Source: the human T2T-CHM13v2.0 reference genome, Homo sapiens. From it: DNA of 64,000 nt. Position numbers and translations under genes: made by a program. The stretch is from NCBI RefSeq assembly GCF_009914755.1, contig NC_060927.1; one strand, given 5' to 3'. The notes below the pieces were generated by a model, which saw nothing but the letters and a program-made list of their open reading frames with translations, had not been told where the DNA came from and did no database searches. The first letter of the stretch is position 1; each line of letters opens with the position of its first letter. Of the stretch, positions 1 to 16,780 are shown piece after piece.

Positions 1-632
1 CTGAATTAAAAATAATGAAGTAAAGAAACAGATTTATGATCTGTAATCTGCCCTTTAATATTTCCCTGCCCTTCTAAAATCACCTGTTGCTGTTTCTTTC
101 TTGGCTATCATTTCAGAAAAAAGTAAAACTTTGCAGTAAACAGACTCTGATAAACTTCTACAAATTGTCATCTGTTAGCCATTTTATGGGCCTGTCTGTA
201 GATAGGTGCTTCTAATTTTACCCTCTGTGATAATGAAAGGAACTACATGCGTTGGTTTTCAGTGGATTATAAAATGTTAGACGCCTAAAATCATAACACC
301 AGCTACCATGTATTGAATGCTTACTATGTGCCAGGAACTCTGCTAGGTATTTTGCAAGCATTATTTGATTTAATTCTTAACCACTCCTGTTATTGTCATT
401 GACAGAGCTGGGATTCAAGCCCCTCTCTAATGGCAAAGCCTGGTTCCTGACACCACCTGATAAATCTTTTGTTATGTAGACTGCTCTCACTACCAAAATC
501 AAATCTGTTAAGTGCCTGCTGTGCTCAGAGAGTTACTAGAGGTGTTGTTGAATTACAGGATTGAGCGATTTTCTGGGAAAATGCAGAGCTGGTTGTAATT
601 ATAATTTTGTTTTAAAGAAGTGTTTGTCTTTA

Positions 633-975
<343 letters not shown>

Positions 976-1508
976 TTACTGAGAAAACAGCTTCATTTTT
1001 ATTCATCCAAAAATTATAAAATTTGGAAGCCAATTTTCAACTGTAATAAATAACTTTTATGATTTTATAGACCTTTTAAATGTCTACCTTATTACTTTTT
1101 TTGTTGCTGTTAACACTGGGAATAATGGTTAATAATTTTTTTCTCCTCATTTTTGAAAAGGCTAACATGTAGATCACATGGCAAAAAGCGATGAACATGA
1201 TCTGAATTATTAAACCCTGAATTTTAGGTTTCTAGATGTTGCATTTCATGTAGTTAAATTTGTAATATTTTGTATAATGTAAATGTGTAATATTACCCAC
1301 GCACCCCATATGGTTAGCTTGTTTAATTTGGGCCAGGAGAGAATCTCCACTCTTTATTTTTTAGATAGCAAGCTAACAAATAAGCAGGCAAGTAAAAGAA
1401 GCTTATGCATTTTTATAGGAAGGATATATTTTTATGCTGGTTTATATACATGGTTATTTTTCCATATTTACTAAGCTGTCAATTTGAATAAAACTACTAA
1501 AATGATGA

Positions 1509-1733
<225 letters not shown>

Positions 1734-2145
1734 TAGAAATAGATTGAACATTTCAAAGTCTTTGTCATTAATACTATAGTCGAATATTATTTGTGGAATT
1801 TTTTTAGTCAACTGCTTTGTAACTACTAAAACCAATGAATAAAATGGACACATGATGCTTATATGCATTTATATTCTATAAAGCTATAATGCAGAATATT
1901 TTAGTGTGTTCACTACTGTACTTATAGGAATTTTATAAGCAATTATACTTTTAGGTATCTTAAACACATATATAATTAAACTCTTACACATGTGCCATAT
2001 CAGTCATGTGGGTTTTTTCCTTTATTTCAACTGCCTTCATATTGATATAGCACTTTGAAATAGTTAAGAAAGCAAGACCATTATTAGTTATAATTTGTGT
2101 GTGTGTAAGTGATAAAATTCTTGATTAATTAATTTTTTTTTCTAG

Positions 2146-2225
2146 CTGAAAATGCAATTGAAAACATGGTGGGTCCAGACTGGAAAAAGAGGTGGTTATA
2201 CTGGAAGAATCGGACCCAAGAACAG
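2146..2225 (+). CDS. OPA1: OPA1 coding exon (exon 23), 80 bp, (T)[26 protein letters not shown]; contains the Trp/basic membrane-inserting loop of the paddle domain
   Basis: tttttttttctag|CTG ... CAG|gtagaa. Phase 1 joins A|CT = Thr with the previous exon. Confidence 0.97.
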
Positions 2226-2527
2226 GTAGAAATAAACAAGTCTCTAGTCTTATGATGATATAATTTTGTTCATTTTAATTCAGGCATTAAAATATAACCT
2301 TTTTGTGGCTCTAGACCAGTCTCAGGAATATTAAATGTTTTATATCATACTTTCTAAAATATAATGAATCTTTAGAATAAAGAATAAACTACATAAGAAA
2401 GTTTTTTTTAAGTGAAGTAGCCATGTTGTTAAAAGACAAGAGATGAAACATGCCCCTTTTGTGGTTGATTACATTGTTCATTTCAATTCCCTGTTTGAGG
2501 TAAAAAGGAAGATTAAAGTTATGAACA

Positions 2528-2744
2528 GGCCAGGCACGGTGTCTCATTCCTGTAATCACAACCCTTTGGGAGGCCAAGTCAGAGGAATAGGAGTTCGAGA
2601 CCAGCCTGGGCAACATAGCAAGACCTCCTCTTTACTAAAAGTCAAAAAAAATTAGCCAGGTGTGGTGGCGCATACCTGTTATCCCAGCTACTAGTGAGGC
2701 TGAGGTGGGAAGGATTGCTTGAGCCTGGGAGATCGAAGCTGCAG
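2528..2744 (+). mobile_element. AluJ-like, 3'-truncated
   Basis: ggccaggcacggtgtctc...cctgggcaacatagcaagacc...gaggattgcttgagcctggg. Confidence 0.85.
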
Positions 2745-5359
2745 GGAAAATAACTTGTGAATAGAAAAAAATAGTAAGGTTTTCAGAGGATGTACAATGA
2801 ATATGATTGGCGGGAAAAGATACAATTTTTCTTGCCTTATTTTATTATCTTATCTATATCTACCATTAAAGTCCCTACCCCTCACCTCCACCCCTGTTCA
2901 TTCCTTTCCGATTCTTATAGCTTCTTTTCCTATCTAGCATTCAGTCTTATACCACTGTCTCATTCCTTGTTCATTCCTTAAATGAAAGACTCTAAATAGA
3001 ATATAGAATCTAACTACATAAATTAATGAAATAATGAAGATGAAAAAGATTTAGCATCCAATCCATTTTCTTTTCTTGTTTGCTTTGTTCCTTGAATTCA
3101 TTTAGAGAAAGGAGATCAAGTAATGGAAAAATAGAGGAGACAAAGGGAATAAAAATTGACCAAATGAGATGTCCCTATTTCTTTATTTTATATTTTCATT
3201 TTCATTTTAAATACAGTTAATTGTATAATCTATATCCTATTTTTTTCCTAGTTTCCCACATTTCTTGTTTCATAAGTTCTCTATCAGATGTGAGTCTCAA
3301 CTTTCCTCAAAATAATGAAGAGACAGTCTTCTTTTTCTCTGTGTTTCTTTACTATTTTTTTTTTTGGTAATGACTTTTGTGAAAAATGAGCCATTAAGAG
3401 ACTGAAGCAAAGCTGAAGAAGCAGACAGTTAGTGATTGGGTCATGCATGTGTTCAGGGTGCGTTGGTTATCTCTGCTCTACAGATGGGCCGAGAGAAGGA
3501 GGTCTGTCAGAAGAGAATTTCTAGAGATCCATCCAAGGTTTCTGACTTTGATAGAGGAAGATGCATTGATTAGAAAGAGCTGCTGTAAGGGAGATAAACT
3601 GCAAAAGAAAAATGGTATCTGGCCTTCAAGACTTAGTGATATTAGGCCTAAAGTCTCTAGAACAGTTGGTGGCAGAACTTGCCTCAGCAACTGACTGGTG
3701 GTAAATGTGCTTTGGCCAAACACTCTCTGAAAGAAGTGATTCCTGCTCGTAAGTTATTTTTGTCAGGAACTTAAACCCATAGGGGAATCCCTTCAAGAGA
3801 AAGAAAGGAATTTGCTTTAAAGTCAGTGCAAAGGGTCTGTAAGCCTAGAAGAGGAATCTGGAAACCCTTTAGAGAAGAGCCTTCTCCCCACAGGATTTCA
3901 GGGCAGCATGTGTGAGACCCAGGCTGACTGTAGAACAGAGGCCATAATTTGGAATATAGAAGGGAGGGGCATCTGAATCACCCGGGGAGGTGTTTATATA
4001 TAGTGTTTTGTTTTTTCTTCAAAAGCTAGCCTCATGTCAGACTCATTGAGTCAAGCTCTCCTTCTCTATCCTTTCTATCCCTCCCACTCCCAGTTGAAGA
4101 CAAGTGTTTTCAACCTCATACCTGGAGGTTACAGTGAGACATGGATTCTAGAAGAGGTTGAGAATATCCCTAGGTCTCACATCGTAAGTTCACTTAGCTG
4201 AATGACAGGATTTGGCAGGAAAAGAAACTTAAAGATGAGAAATCCATTCTCTGAAAAGTATTTTGTGCTTTTGTGTTTCTTTTGTTTTCTAGGAAAATTC
4301 ATCCCTTTGAAACATTCTCGCCTTGTTTAAGCCAAACTAATGGAAATTTTGGTCAGGATAGATCCAAGAGTAGTTCTCTCTTCTAATGGCCAAGTGTGGT
4401 GACAGTCAAATGATGGGTAGAAAGGGGGAAGTAAAACATGAGGCAGGATGAGCTTGGGAACACCATTACCAGCGATTTCCTTTCCATCTCAGACTGAATA
4501 GTACATGTTTAAGCAAACAGTGAACTTTCTCTTTATCAAATGCTCTTTTTTCTGAAGTATTAGTTTTCAGAGAGTATTAATTAGTAGTTCCATTTACAAG
4601 TTAATTGTTTGCATTTATGTGTTAATCTTGTCTACTCAGATTTCATAGCTGTGATAGAGTTTGGGGCAAAAAAAAACACTCAGTTTCGTAGCTGTGGTAG
4701 ATTTTCTATTCTAGTAATTTATTTAGGGTAATGATTGAATTTAAAGCTAGTTTCTTCTATCATATACAATTTTGAGTGGAGGTTTGAAAAATGACAAGAT
4801 TAATTTAACACAGTATAAGAATCTTGTTATCAAACATAACTAGTGTAGGTAAGTTTTCCTCCTTTGGTAAAGAGATTATGAATAATTACAGATAAGAGAC
4901 TGGAAGTGAATTTAAGAAGGACAGATACCTCACAGGAGCAGTCTGAAGTACCATTTTTTATGAAAAAGCTTTTTAAAAATCAAGCTATGCATTTTATATT
5001 TATTGGAAAAGAAACATGTCAACAAGTTTAAGTCCTTACAGTAATCTCGTTCTTAAGTATAGTTCTTAGATATGAAGCATTTTAGAACATCAGCTCTTCC
5101 TATGCATTCAGGGTGCTTTTTCCTAGATTCAAATTATACCCTACGGTCAAGAAAGAAAGAAAATACATGGTAAGATTCCTGGTGCTGTAACTTCCACAGG
5201 AAAAAACATTTCAGCAAAAGTAAATACATAACAAGTAGGGCTAATCCCTGGGTTTTCTACCCTCTCATAAGGCAAATTCTTCTGTGTTCATAGGCCATTT
5301 ACCATATTCATAAGCCGGGTGCTGTGTTCTTTCTTGTGTTTCTTTCTTGTTTGTTGTGA

Positions 5360-5689
<330 letters not shown>

Positions 5690-7531
5690 TAGTTAGATAT
5701 TTAAGTGCTTAATTTGACTTTTGTCACGTGTACATTTGCTGACAGTAAAAGCTTAGTCATTTTGATTGCGTGAAGAGAAGGAATTTTATTCTCAGTATTG
5801 CTTTTTTAAGAGTAATGCTTTAATTTGTAAATGGAGAAATTTACTTTGGCAAGTTCAATGGTCAACAGTCAGTTCATGCAAAATGGGATGAAACCGACCT
5901 AGACCTTTGCCCCACGTCACGCTGTTTCAGATTGCAAAATAGAATTTCTGTTTAAAAATGGCATATATATGTGTTTTTGTGTGTGGTTTACAGTCAAATG
6001 TAACTCAATTAGATGTGAGTGGATTCAGAAAAAATAAAAATGTTGTTTTTATTAAATTGGATATGACCATTGAGTTCTTTCTCCATTGTCCTCTTTTGTT
6101 AATGTGAGAATAAAAATAGTCTACACTTTAGGCTACTTTTTGCTTACCTTCATGATGCTTTTTTTGAGGATGAATTTTAAAAAATACTTTCGGGCCCACG
6201 TTTTTTAAAAACTACATTCTCTACTGCTTAGTTAAGATGTAAGGAATTCAAAAGCTCCTTATAATATTAGCTTAAGTGAACACAATTAGAAAAATAAGTC
6301 TAGTGGGGAAAGCAATCATTAACAAATTTCAAAGCCACACAAACTCTTTTAAAGATTATGTGCTATTTATGTTTCTGTACTTGAGGGATGAGTATACTTA
6401 TTTTAAATTCCACCACAGGTCAGAACAAGTAAAAAAATAAAAATAAAATTGGTAAAACTCAAAGCAGTTATATACATCTAGCATTATTTATATATTGAAA
6501 ATGAGATGAAAGCTAATGATTACATGAGCTGTTTGAGTTGAATGTGGATTTAGGTTTTATTCTTGTTGGTCCCAGCTCTCGTTAACAATAAGTTATATTC
6601 AGTTTGACACTTTTAAACGTTATGTGGCACGTTGGTGAATACAGTAGGAGGGATTTTCTCTTCAGAGTGGTATAGAAGAGATGTTACGTGATTTTTTTTT
6701 TAAACTTTTTGCTCATGTCTTAGGCAATGAATTGACTGTATGTCTTAATTAGTTTCTAAGACCAAGAAAACCTCAGGCTTTTTAAGTGACAGTTTGTTCA
6801 GTGCACTTTGCAAAGCTATAAAATAAGTAGCAAAGTACCACGAGAAGAATATTGCATGGACTAGATATCAGGACATGTGAATTCTAGTGTATTTCCATTA
6901 TATTAGCTAATAATATGTCCTTTAATAATTGATACCACTTTTCTGACCTCACTTACCTCATCTGTCAAAAGGGGTTGATGTTTTTCTAGTTAACATTATT
7001 GTTGTTTTGCTCAAAAAAGGACAGAGGGTATTAAAGAATATTGGACACTCAGAGTATCTAGTAATAAAGTGGTAGGGATCATATTGGTATGGTAGCAGTA
7101 AAATTTTATAAACAGAAAGGAAATGTTGAGTTGCTAGACATGATCTGAGACCATCTTAAGTTCTAACTCTGTTTTTAGATAAGGCTTTCAACCTCTTTCT
7201 GCATTGGTTTCCTCACCTCTAACTAGGGGAAGATAATACCTACCCTGTCTACTCCACAAGATGATTATTTGATTATAGTAACAGCATTTGTTTAAATCAT
7301 TGCTAATTTTTAAGTACATAAACTGGTAATGGGTCAGAGTAGTAGTAAATCTAATCTTTGCCTTAAAAAAAGTAAGTGAATAAAAAAATTTGAATAACTA
7401 TGTAAAGAATAACCTTGCTTTTGCTTTTAATTAACTTTTTTGGTAAATATAATTTTTGTACAACTTCTCAGTGTGGTTGATCAACATGAAGAATATACAG
7501 TAACTCTGGGCTTTCTTTTTTCTCATTTTAG

Positions 7532-7705
<174 letters not shown>

Positions 7706-8218
7706 TAAAAGTAAACTTTAGCTTAAGCATTAATTTTAAGTCCTTTGATCATCTGGGGAAAAAAAGTATGTGTAATTTATAAAGAATAATCTAACTCTTA
7801 TATTTTCAAAGATATTTGCCACTTTGTTCGTGATACGTGCATATTATCCCCAATGCTTATAAGAATATGTGAATATAAATAGTAAAAAAAAGTGTGAATA
7901 TAAATAGTAAAAAAAATAAATAAATAAAGTAACAGGAAATAGTCCCTTATTCCCTGACCTGTAAGAATTTTAGTTAACATTTTTATGTATTTCTTTTCAA
8001 CTTTTTCTGTACATAGGGAGAGAGACAGAGAGGGAAAGAGAAAGTGTGTGTGTATCTGTGTGTGTAACATAACCATCCATTTGCATAATGGAAATCATCC
8101 TGCAAAACAGTTTTTATCATGCTTTTTTCAGGTGTCATAATTATTTCTTCATATCACTAAATCTTGTTTTAAATAATCATAAAGTTCTTGTATTAAAATG
8201 ATTCATAATTTAAAGTAA

Positions 8219-8234
8219 CCCCTAGGTGGCAGCA
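8219..8234 (+). promoter_or_regulatory. CTCF-like motif CCCCTAGGTGGCAGCA
   Basis: 15/16 match to CCACTAGGTGGCAGCA in an otherwise very AT-rich intron; binding untested. Confidence 0.55.
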
Positions 8235-8835
8235 GTCTGATATATTTTCAGCATTTTCTTACAAGCAAAAATGCTTTTAAATATCCTTTTGATAAAGCTC
8301 AGTTAATCAACAATCTTATTTAATTGAGACTTCTAACATGCTGTTCTTTTGTTTTCAGTAGATGAACATAAATTTATATTTAAATGCACCTAATTAAAAG
8401 TGGCAAGTTTTTTTTGCATAATTTTAATTGTAGAGTGAACTTCTTTCTATAGAAACTTCTGTAGAAAGAAGAAACTTCTGTAGAAACTGCCTTCTGTAGA
8501 ATAAGCTTCTTTTTAAATACATCACTTTATTTTCACACAGCTGAATTTTAAAAATGGCTTGAGTACAGACTCAAAGAAAAGAGGTTAACCTAAGGACGTA
8601 TTTAAGATAAACATGGTTAGCTGAAACTAAATATAAATGGAGGGTATATGCTGTGAATTTCAACTTACATACAATGTAATGTAATTTGCTACTACTCAAG
8701 CTTATTTACTTTGTCATTAGAATTGAAACAAAGCTATCTAGGTGTCAGACAGATATAAGCCAAATTATGCAGAATTTCATGGCTCCGTACAGAAAGGATT
8801 CTGTAGCTTACATCTACAGTATATGCATTAGGTAA

Positions 8836-9111
<276 letters not shown>

Positions 9112-9162
9112 TAATAGAAGGATGCCAAAATACTTCCCAAAAGTAGATTTATTAGAAAAACT

Positions 9163-9459
9163 GGCCAGGTGTGGTAGCTCATGCCTGTAATCTCAGCATG
9201 TTGAGAGGCCGAGGCAGGAAAACCGCTTGAGGCCTGTAGTTTGAGACCAGCCTGGGCAACATTGTGAGACTCTATCTCTACAAACAATAAAATAAATTAG
9301 CCGGGCATGGTGGCACACATCTGTAGTTCTAGCTACTTGGGAGGCTGAGATGGGAGGATCACTTGAGCCCTAGGATTTTGAGGCTACAATGAGCTATGAT
9401 CATACTACTGCACTCTAGCCTAGGTGACAGAGTAAGACCTTGTCTCTTTAAAAAAAAAA
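9163..9459 (+). mobile_element. AluJ-like, full length
   Basis: J-type motifs (ggatcacttgagccc, gctatgatcat); A tail. Confidence 0.88.
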
Positions 9460-9822
9460 GACAAAAATTATTATTTGCTTTTAAAATAAATCATAATTGG
9501 AAAAGATGGGTGATAAAACATACCAGGAGTTTATTTTCATTGCATGAAACTCTGTTGGGAATGGACTCCTAGGTATCACTTAGTTTTTTGGGAAATCTGC
9601 ACTTCCATTAAAGTGTATAGCTTAAGAATATGACATTCTCTGAGACTATATAGGTTTCATGCTGATAAAACTACTGTATAACAGAGATTTTCTATGACTA
9701 TGAAAAGTATTAGCAATAGTTCTAACATGATAAAAAATTTACTCTCCATATATATAGGTTAATTTTATCATCTTTATTCATTTATAAAAACGATGCTCCT
9801 CAGGTTTTTTAACTTTCTTTAA

Positions 9823-9942
<120 letters not shown>

Positions 9943-10024
9943 TAGTTCTTACTGCCCTCTACCTTACTACCTTTCCACCTTTCCCATTTCCATTTGTTTG
10001 TTGATCCATTTAATCTCAAACTTA

Positions 10025-11440
<1,416 letters not shown>

Positions 11441-12059
11441 ACTGTTTGGGGTTGATATTTGGTTGTTTCTTGTAGGTTCCTAGCTTTAAGATAGGATTGC
11501 ATACTAAAATTTACTTAGATCTTTGAGAACTCAAGGAAATCAGTGAAACATTATTGTTATTAAATAAAAATAAAATACCTGTAGTTGGTACCTCTGTTTG
11601 AGCCTGCCTTGTTACAAGTTTCACTGACTTCAGCTTCGTGTAACAAAGTATCTTTTTCTTTCAACGTGTACTTAAATTTCCTGTCTTATTAGTTTTCTGA
11701 TATCTAAAAGGAAAAAAAGCAGATATCGTTAATAAATTAGAAAGAAGTTCTGCAAATTTAAAAGTGCCTTCTAAGCTGAGTTGTAGGATTACAGTACAAT
11801 CCATAGGGTTATCCTGAAGAAGCCAGGCAGGGCTCTTCTGTGTTACACCCTGTGCCTGCGCAGCATGCTCACCCCTTGCCATCAGCGCTTGCGGCCCCAT
11901 TCTCTCCCTCTAGTAATAATCTAAGTTCTGCATTGCTTTCTCCTTTCCTTTTCTTTCTTCCTTTAAATATTCTTCTTTCGAGACATATCTCATTTTAACT
12001 TTTATTTTCATTTTCTGTCACTTTTGGTTTTTCTCATGCCACCTTGGCAATGTAGTTAA

Positions 12060-12255
12060 GTTTGTGCTAACGTAGAAGATTAGTGCTCAAATCTGAATTG
12101 CCATTTACTACTAGCTGTGTCATCTTCGGCAGGGAATCTCCCAGAGCCTTAGCTTCTTTATTTGTAAAATGACTATTATAGTGGTTATTTCTCAGGATTG
12201 TTAGAATTACTTCCACAAACATTTGCAAGTCCCTGGTTCATAATTTCATGCTAAA
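12060..12255 (+). mobile_element. MIR
   Basis: ccatttactactagctgtgtcatcttcggcag...tttgtaaaatg MIR core. Confidence 0.6.
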
Positions 12256-13047
12256 TTAGTACCGTTACAGGAAGTGGTATATCATTGTCACAGTGTATAC
12301 AAATATATTTCTTTTATATCCCTCGTGATATAATTATCAAGACAGTGAAACAATTCAATGAATTTTACCAGCATAACACATTTTTAAGTGATTGGAAAAT
12401 CATAAGTATCTTTTCTTATGTTTTTAGTAGAGGCTTTGCAACCCCATTACTCTCCGCTCCCAATTTGATTATTTAAAGGAAGTGGATTACTAACTCAGAT
12501 ATGTACACTGTCAAGCCAAGTTCTATGTTCTACTGCTGGTTTTCCTGAGAAAGCAGTCATATAACTCCCTTGAAATGATTTACTACTTTTGTACATATAA
12601 AATTATAATGGTGTTAATGTACCAAATAATGTCCTTGGAAGCAAGGGTTTTGCCAGTAACTCAGCTGCATCAGTCACCCTCAAGGAGATGAGCCATGACT
12701 CTGTTCATTAGTTGGAAAAGAGTCTGGAGAGTGCCTTTTCGTTACTGTTTATCTTTGGTCTGACACTTGGGAATAGGGTCATGGATACTTCAGCCAGAAA
12801 ACTTTCAAAATTTAAGTTATTAATGTATTATAAGGATCAAAGTTTCTAGTATAGCCTGTTCAATTAGAACATAGTGTGTTGGTTGATTGGATTTGGAGAA
12901 AGGGAGGCAATCAAATTTTTACTACAGTTTCAGCCTGTTACAGAATATTGTATAGAGTGTTAAAATGTTGATGCATTCATATTTTTGCCAGTTTTAAGCT
13001 TGTACGATTTTAAATCATTTCCTTACCTTGGAGACTTCCCCCCCACC

Positions 13048-13324
13048 TTTTTTTTTTTTTTTGAGATGGAGTCTCGCTGTGTCGCCCAGGCTAGAGTGCA
13101 GTGGCATGATCTCGGCTCACTGCAAGGTGGTTCTCCCACCTCTGCCTCCCGAGTAGCTGGGGCTACAGGCGCCCGCCACCATGCCTGGCTTATTTTTTGT
13201 ATTTTTAGTAGAGACGGGGTTTCCCCATGTTAGCCAGGATGGTCTCGATCTCCTGACCTCATGATCCGCCCGCCTCGGCCTCCCAAAGTGCTGGAATTAT
13301 AGGCATGAGCCACCATGCCCAGCC
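13048..13324 (-). mobile_element. Alu (Y/Sc-like), antisense, ~20 bp internal deletion in the right arm
   Basis: poly-T + gagatggagtctcgct...gagccaccatgcccagcc. Confidence 0.92.
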
Positions 13325-13679
13325 CTGACTGCCCTTTAAGATGAGTACATAAGTAGTAGTAGTACATTTTTCTTTCACATCCTGGAGAAGATATACTGTG
13401 TTCACTATTGAAATGAAACCATAAAGCTAGAGTTAGGAAGATTGAAGAAATGAAAAAGGAGCTCACATGATTTTGTCTCAGGAGAGGCTCTTCCAGGATT
13501 CTTTGGAGATATGGTAGATTCCATAGCTGGAGCAGGGAAAGGACAGGATGAGCCTGTGGGTGTAGAAAGGAAGGGAGTGCTTGAAAGATGATGAGGAGAT
13601 GTCAGCAGGTCACAGAAACCCTCTGAAGGAGGCTCCAACTGGCCAGGCTGGGGACAATTTGGGCCCCAAAATAATGACA

Positions 13680-14425
13680 GTAACAAATTGTAACTCATTG
13701 AATGAAATAGGAATCCATACATTGGTAATTATATAAATAAGGGAATAAAACCATGATGCAAAAAGGGATGTTTATGTCATCACGCAAAATATGTTCACAG
13801 AAAATATGTACTAATTAAAAGAGGGAAAAGAGTAACTTTACAGTGGATGAAGCCTGGCAATCATCACTTTAAGCAAGTGGTCAGAGTTAATATTATCAGT
13901 AATGGTCAAATCAAAACCATATGCAAGAAGACTCTAAAATGCAAGAAGACTCCTGAAGTACTTCTTACCAAAGATGTAGAACTTAAATTCAGTCATAACA
14001 ATACATGAGACAAACCCAAGTTAGAGCACAGTCTGCAAAATAACTGGCCTGTAATCTTCAAATGCATCAAGATCATGAAAGACAAGGAAAGAGTGAAGAG
14101 CTGCTCCAGTTGGAAGAGACTTAAAACTAAATGCAATGTATGATCCTAGATTGGATCTTTTTGCTCTAAGGACATTAATGGGCCAGTTAGTGAAATTTGA
14201 AGGGGATCCGAGGGTTCCATTGTAGTAATATATCAGTGTTAATTTTTAAATTTTTATTAAGTTGGGATTATTTTGGAAAATAACATTATTCATAGCGAAT
14301 ACAAAGTAGAATATTTGGGGATGATAATGCATAATTACAACAAATGTTTCAGGAAAAATATGATCTTTGTAGTGGTCTTGCAACTTTTCTGTAAGTCTGA
14401 AATTGTTTATGCATAAAAGGTTAAA
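13680..14425 (+). mobile_element. Old L1MC-like 3' end
   Basis: ctaaatgcaatgtatgatcctagattggatc; cttgcaacttttctgtaagtctgaaattgttt terminal motif. Confidence 0.55.
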
Positions 14426-15229
14426 AAAAGGTTAAATTTTGTTTTTATAACTAATAATGGATTAGGGTCATGTGAAAGTACTTTAGAGGAAATGAGACTT
14501 TTGAGAACATCATCCCTGAAGACGTTGAAACACTGAGTTACCTCATGGATAATTTAATAGGGTATGCAGCTGATTTTTCTACCTTAATTTCTTGTTTGCA
14601 GTATCTACCCATACTTAGAATTGTCTGGTGTTAAAATATGCCCACTGGGACTTTCATGAAATTCTTTTGATTTTCTAGAAAATTCAGTTTCAAAGGATTT
14701 TTTAAATAGATATTTTAAGTTTGGTGTCAACTTAGATAAAATCTGTTTGGAGTCCCAGTGTAAGTTTTAGTAATGTGTCCAATCTGTTTATTGAAATAGT
14801 ATAACTTTAGAATACTTTCTTTGGAGAGATGAAGATTGGTATGTTATAGTTCAATTCAAAGTTGTTCTTTCTATTATGATCTATTTTATAATTCATAAAA
14901 TCTATCTTATGATTGTCATCATAAGTGCAATTTGTTTTTTGCCCCATTCTACCTCAGAAACTAAGTATCTGGGCATCAATAACAATTGGTAGTAGTGTTT
15001 GCTGCTAAGCCAAGTTTCACCAGTACAGTGTGGAATTATTTTATTGTTTTTTCTGTGAACATTGTATCTGCTGTTACTAGGTTATTGTGAGGTATTGGGC
15101 CTTCATAGAAATTGCCTGGAACCCTTGTTCACTAAAGCCTGTTACACTTTTTATTCTCTGTGCGTGTAATCAGAGACTTATTGATACTGACACATTCAAG
15201 GGGCATTATTGATCATTTAGATTGCTCTA

Positions 15230-15623
<394 letters not shown>

Positions 15624-15649
15624 TTAAGAATGTAAAATAACATTTGAAT

Positions 15650-15830
15650 ACTTTTCTTGTGCCAGATATTAGGTTAAATGCTTTATGTGAATTTTCATTT
15701 GATTCTCACAACTTTTGAGTTAGGTAGTTATTTTTCTCATTTTACAGATGAAATGGAGGGTTAGGAACTCGTAGGTAGTAGATGCTGAAGCTGAGATTTG
15801 GGCCTGGGTCTTTTCACTACTGTGCCAGAA
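15650..15830 (-). mobile_element. MIR
   Basis: tcatttgattctcacaac...cattttacagatgaaatggagg. Confidence 0.6.
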
Positions 15831-16619
15831 TCATTTGGGAGGGAGTAAAAACTCAAGCCTTTGGAAAATATGATGACATAAAATTGTCCTTTATATTGAG
15901 AAGCTTCCATAGTTACCAGTGTCCTTCACAGGGTTGATCGGAAAGACATACATATTAGTGATGATGATAATGATGAAGATAATCATTATTACCACAGGTA
16001 CTTCCTATAATATAAGCATCTTTCAAATTGTATGAGAACTTTCATAGAACATCTGAGTAAATGAACAGTACAGTGTGCATGAAACCACTAAGCAAACCAA
16101 GGGAAGTTAATTTTCTTTATATGAATTGTAAACATGTCTCTAGATATCCTTTATCAGATTCCACCATGCGTAAGTAGTGTCTAAGTTGCCCCATATTTAG
16201 AGTTTTTCAATGAGGTTGTGTTCCTACTTAGAATCCTAAAGTTCAGCTATAACAGATATATTAATAAAATCTGTGGAATCTTTAATTGAGCATAATGGTG
16301 GCTGTTATTTTAACTTGAGGCTTTTTGTTGAGCTGGATTGGAAGTGCAACTTATTAGAAATTACAGTGTATTTATTCCTATTTCTTGTTCTTTATGTGAG
16401 AGAAGATATACTTTAGTAGACTGAATACTTCAGAGCTGTATCTCATTTACCAATAAAATGTGAAAACAGTGGTAAATTCCTTCACTTGGGCTACCATTGT
16501 ACAGGCCTATTTTAATGGTATAGTTTGATATCCTTAATGTTAAAAGCAGTATAGCTTAAAGAGGCTGGTAAATTAGAATTTTCCAATATCCTCAGCTTTT
16601 TTTCCTCTCACAGTTAATT

Positions 16620-16780
16620 TGCTCTGCTGACTCCCTACGCGAGGTGGCAACAGCTGGCCCTTTTACTGGAGCTTGTGGGGATTAGAGAGTCGGGCTCGCA
16701 GCAGCGTGCTCGGCCTCTTGCCTCTGTTGACTGTTCTTTATTGTTTGATGCCTGAGCATCTCCCAGACAGCGAGCAATTG
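16620..16780. promoter_or_regulatory. Small CpG-retaining patch with a CTCF-like motif (16637-16650), half-MARE and E-box
   Basis: tgctgactccctACGCGAGGTGGCAAcagctg; ~7 CpGs in 160 bp outside any recognisable repeat. Confidence 0.45.
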
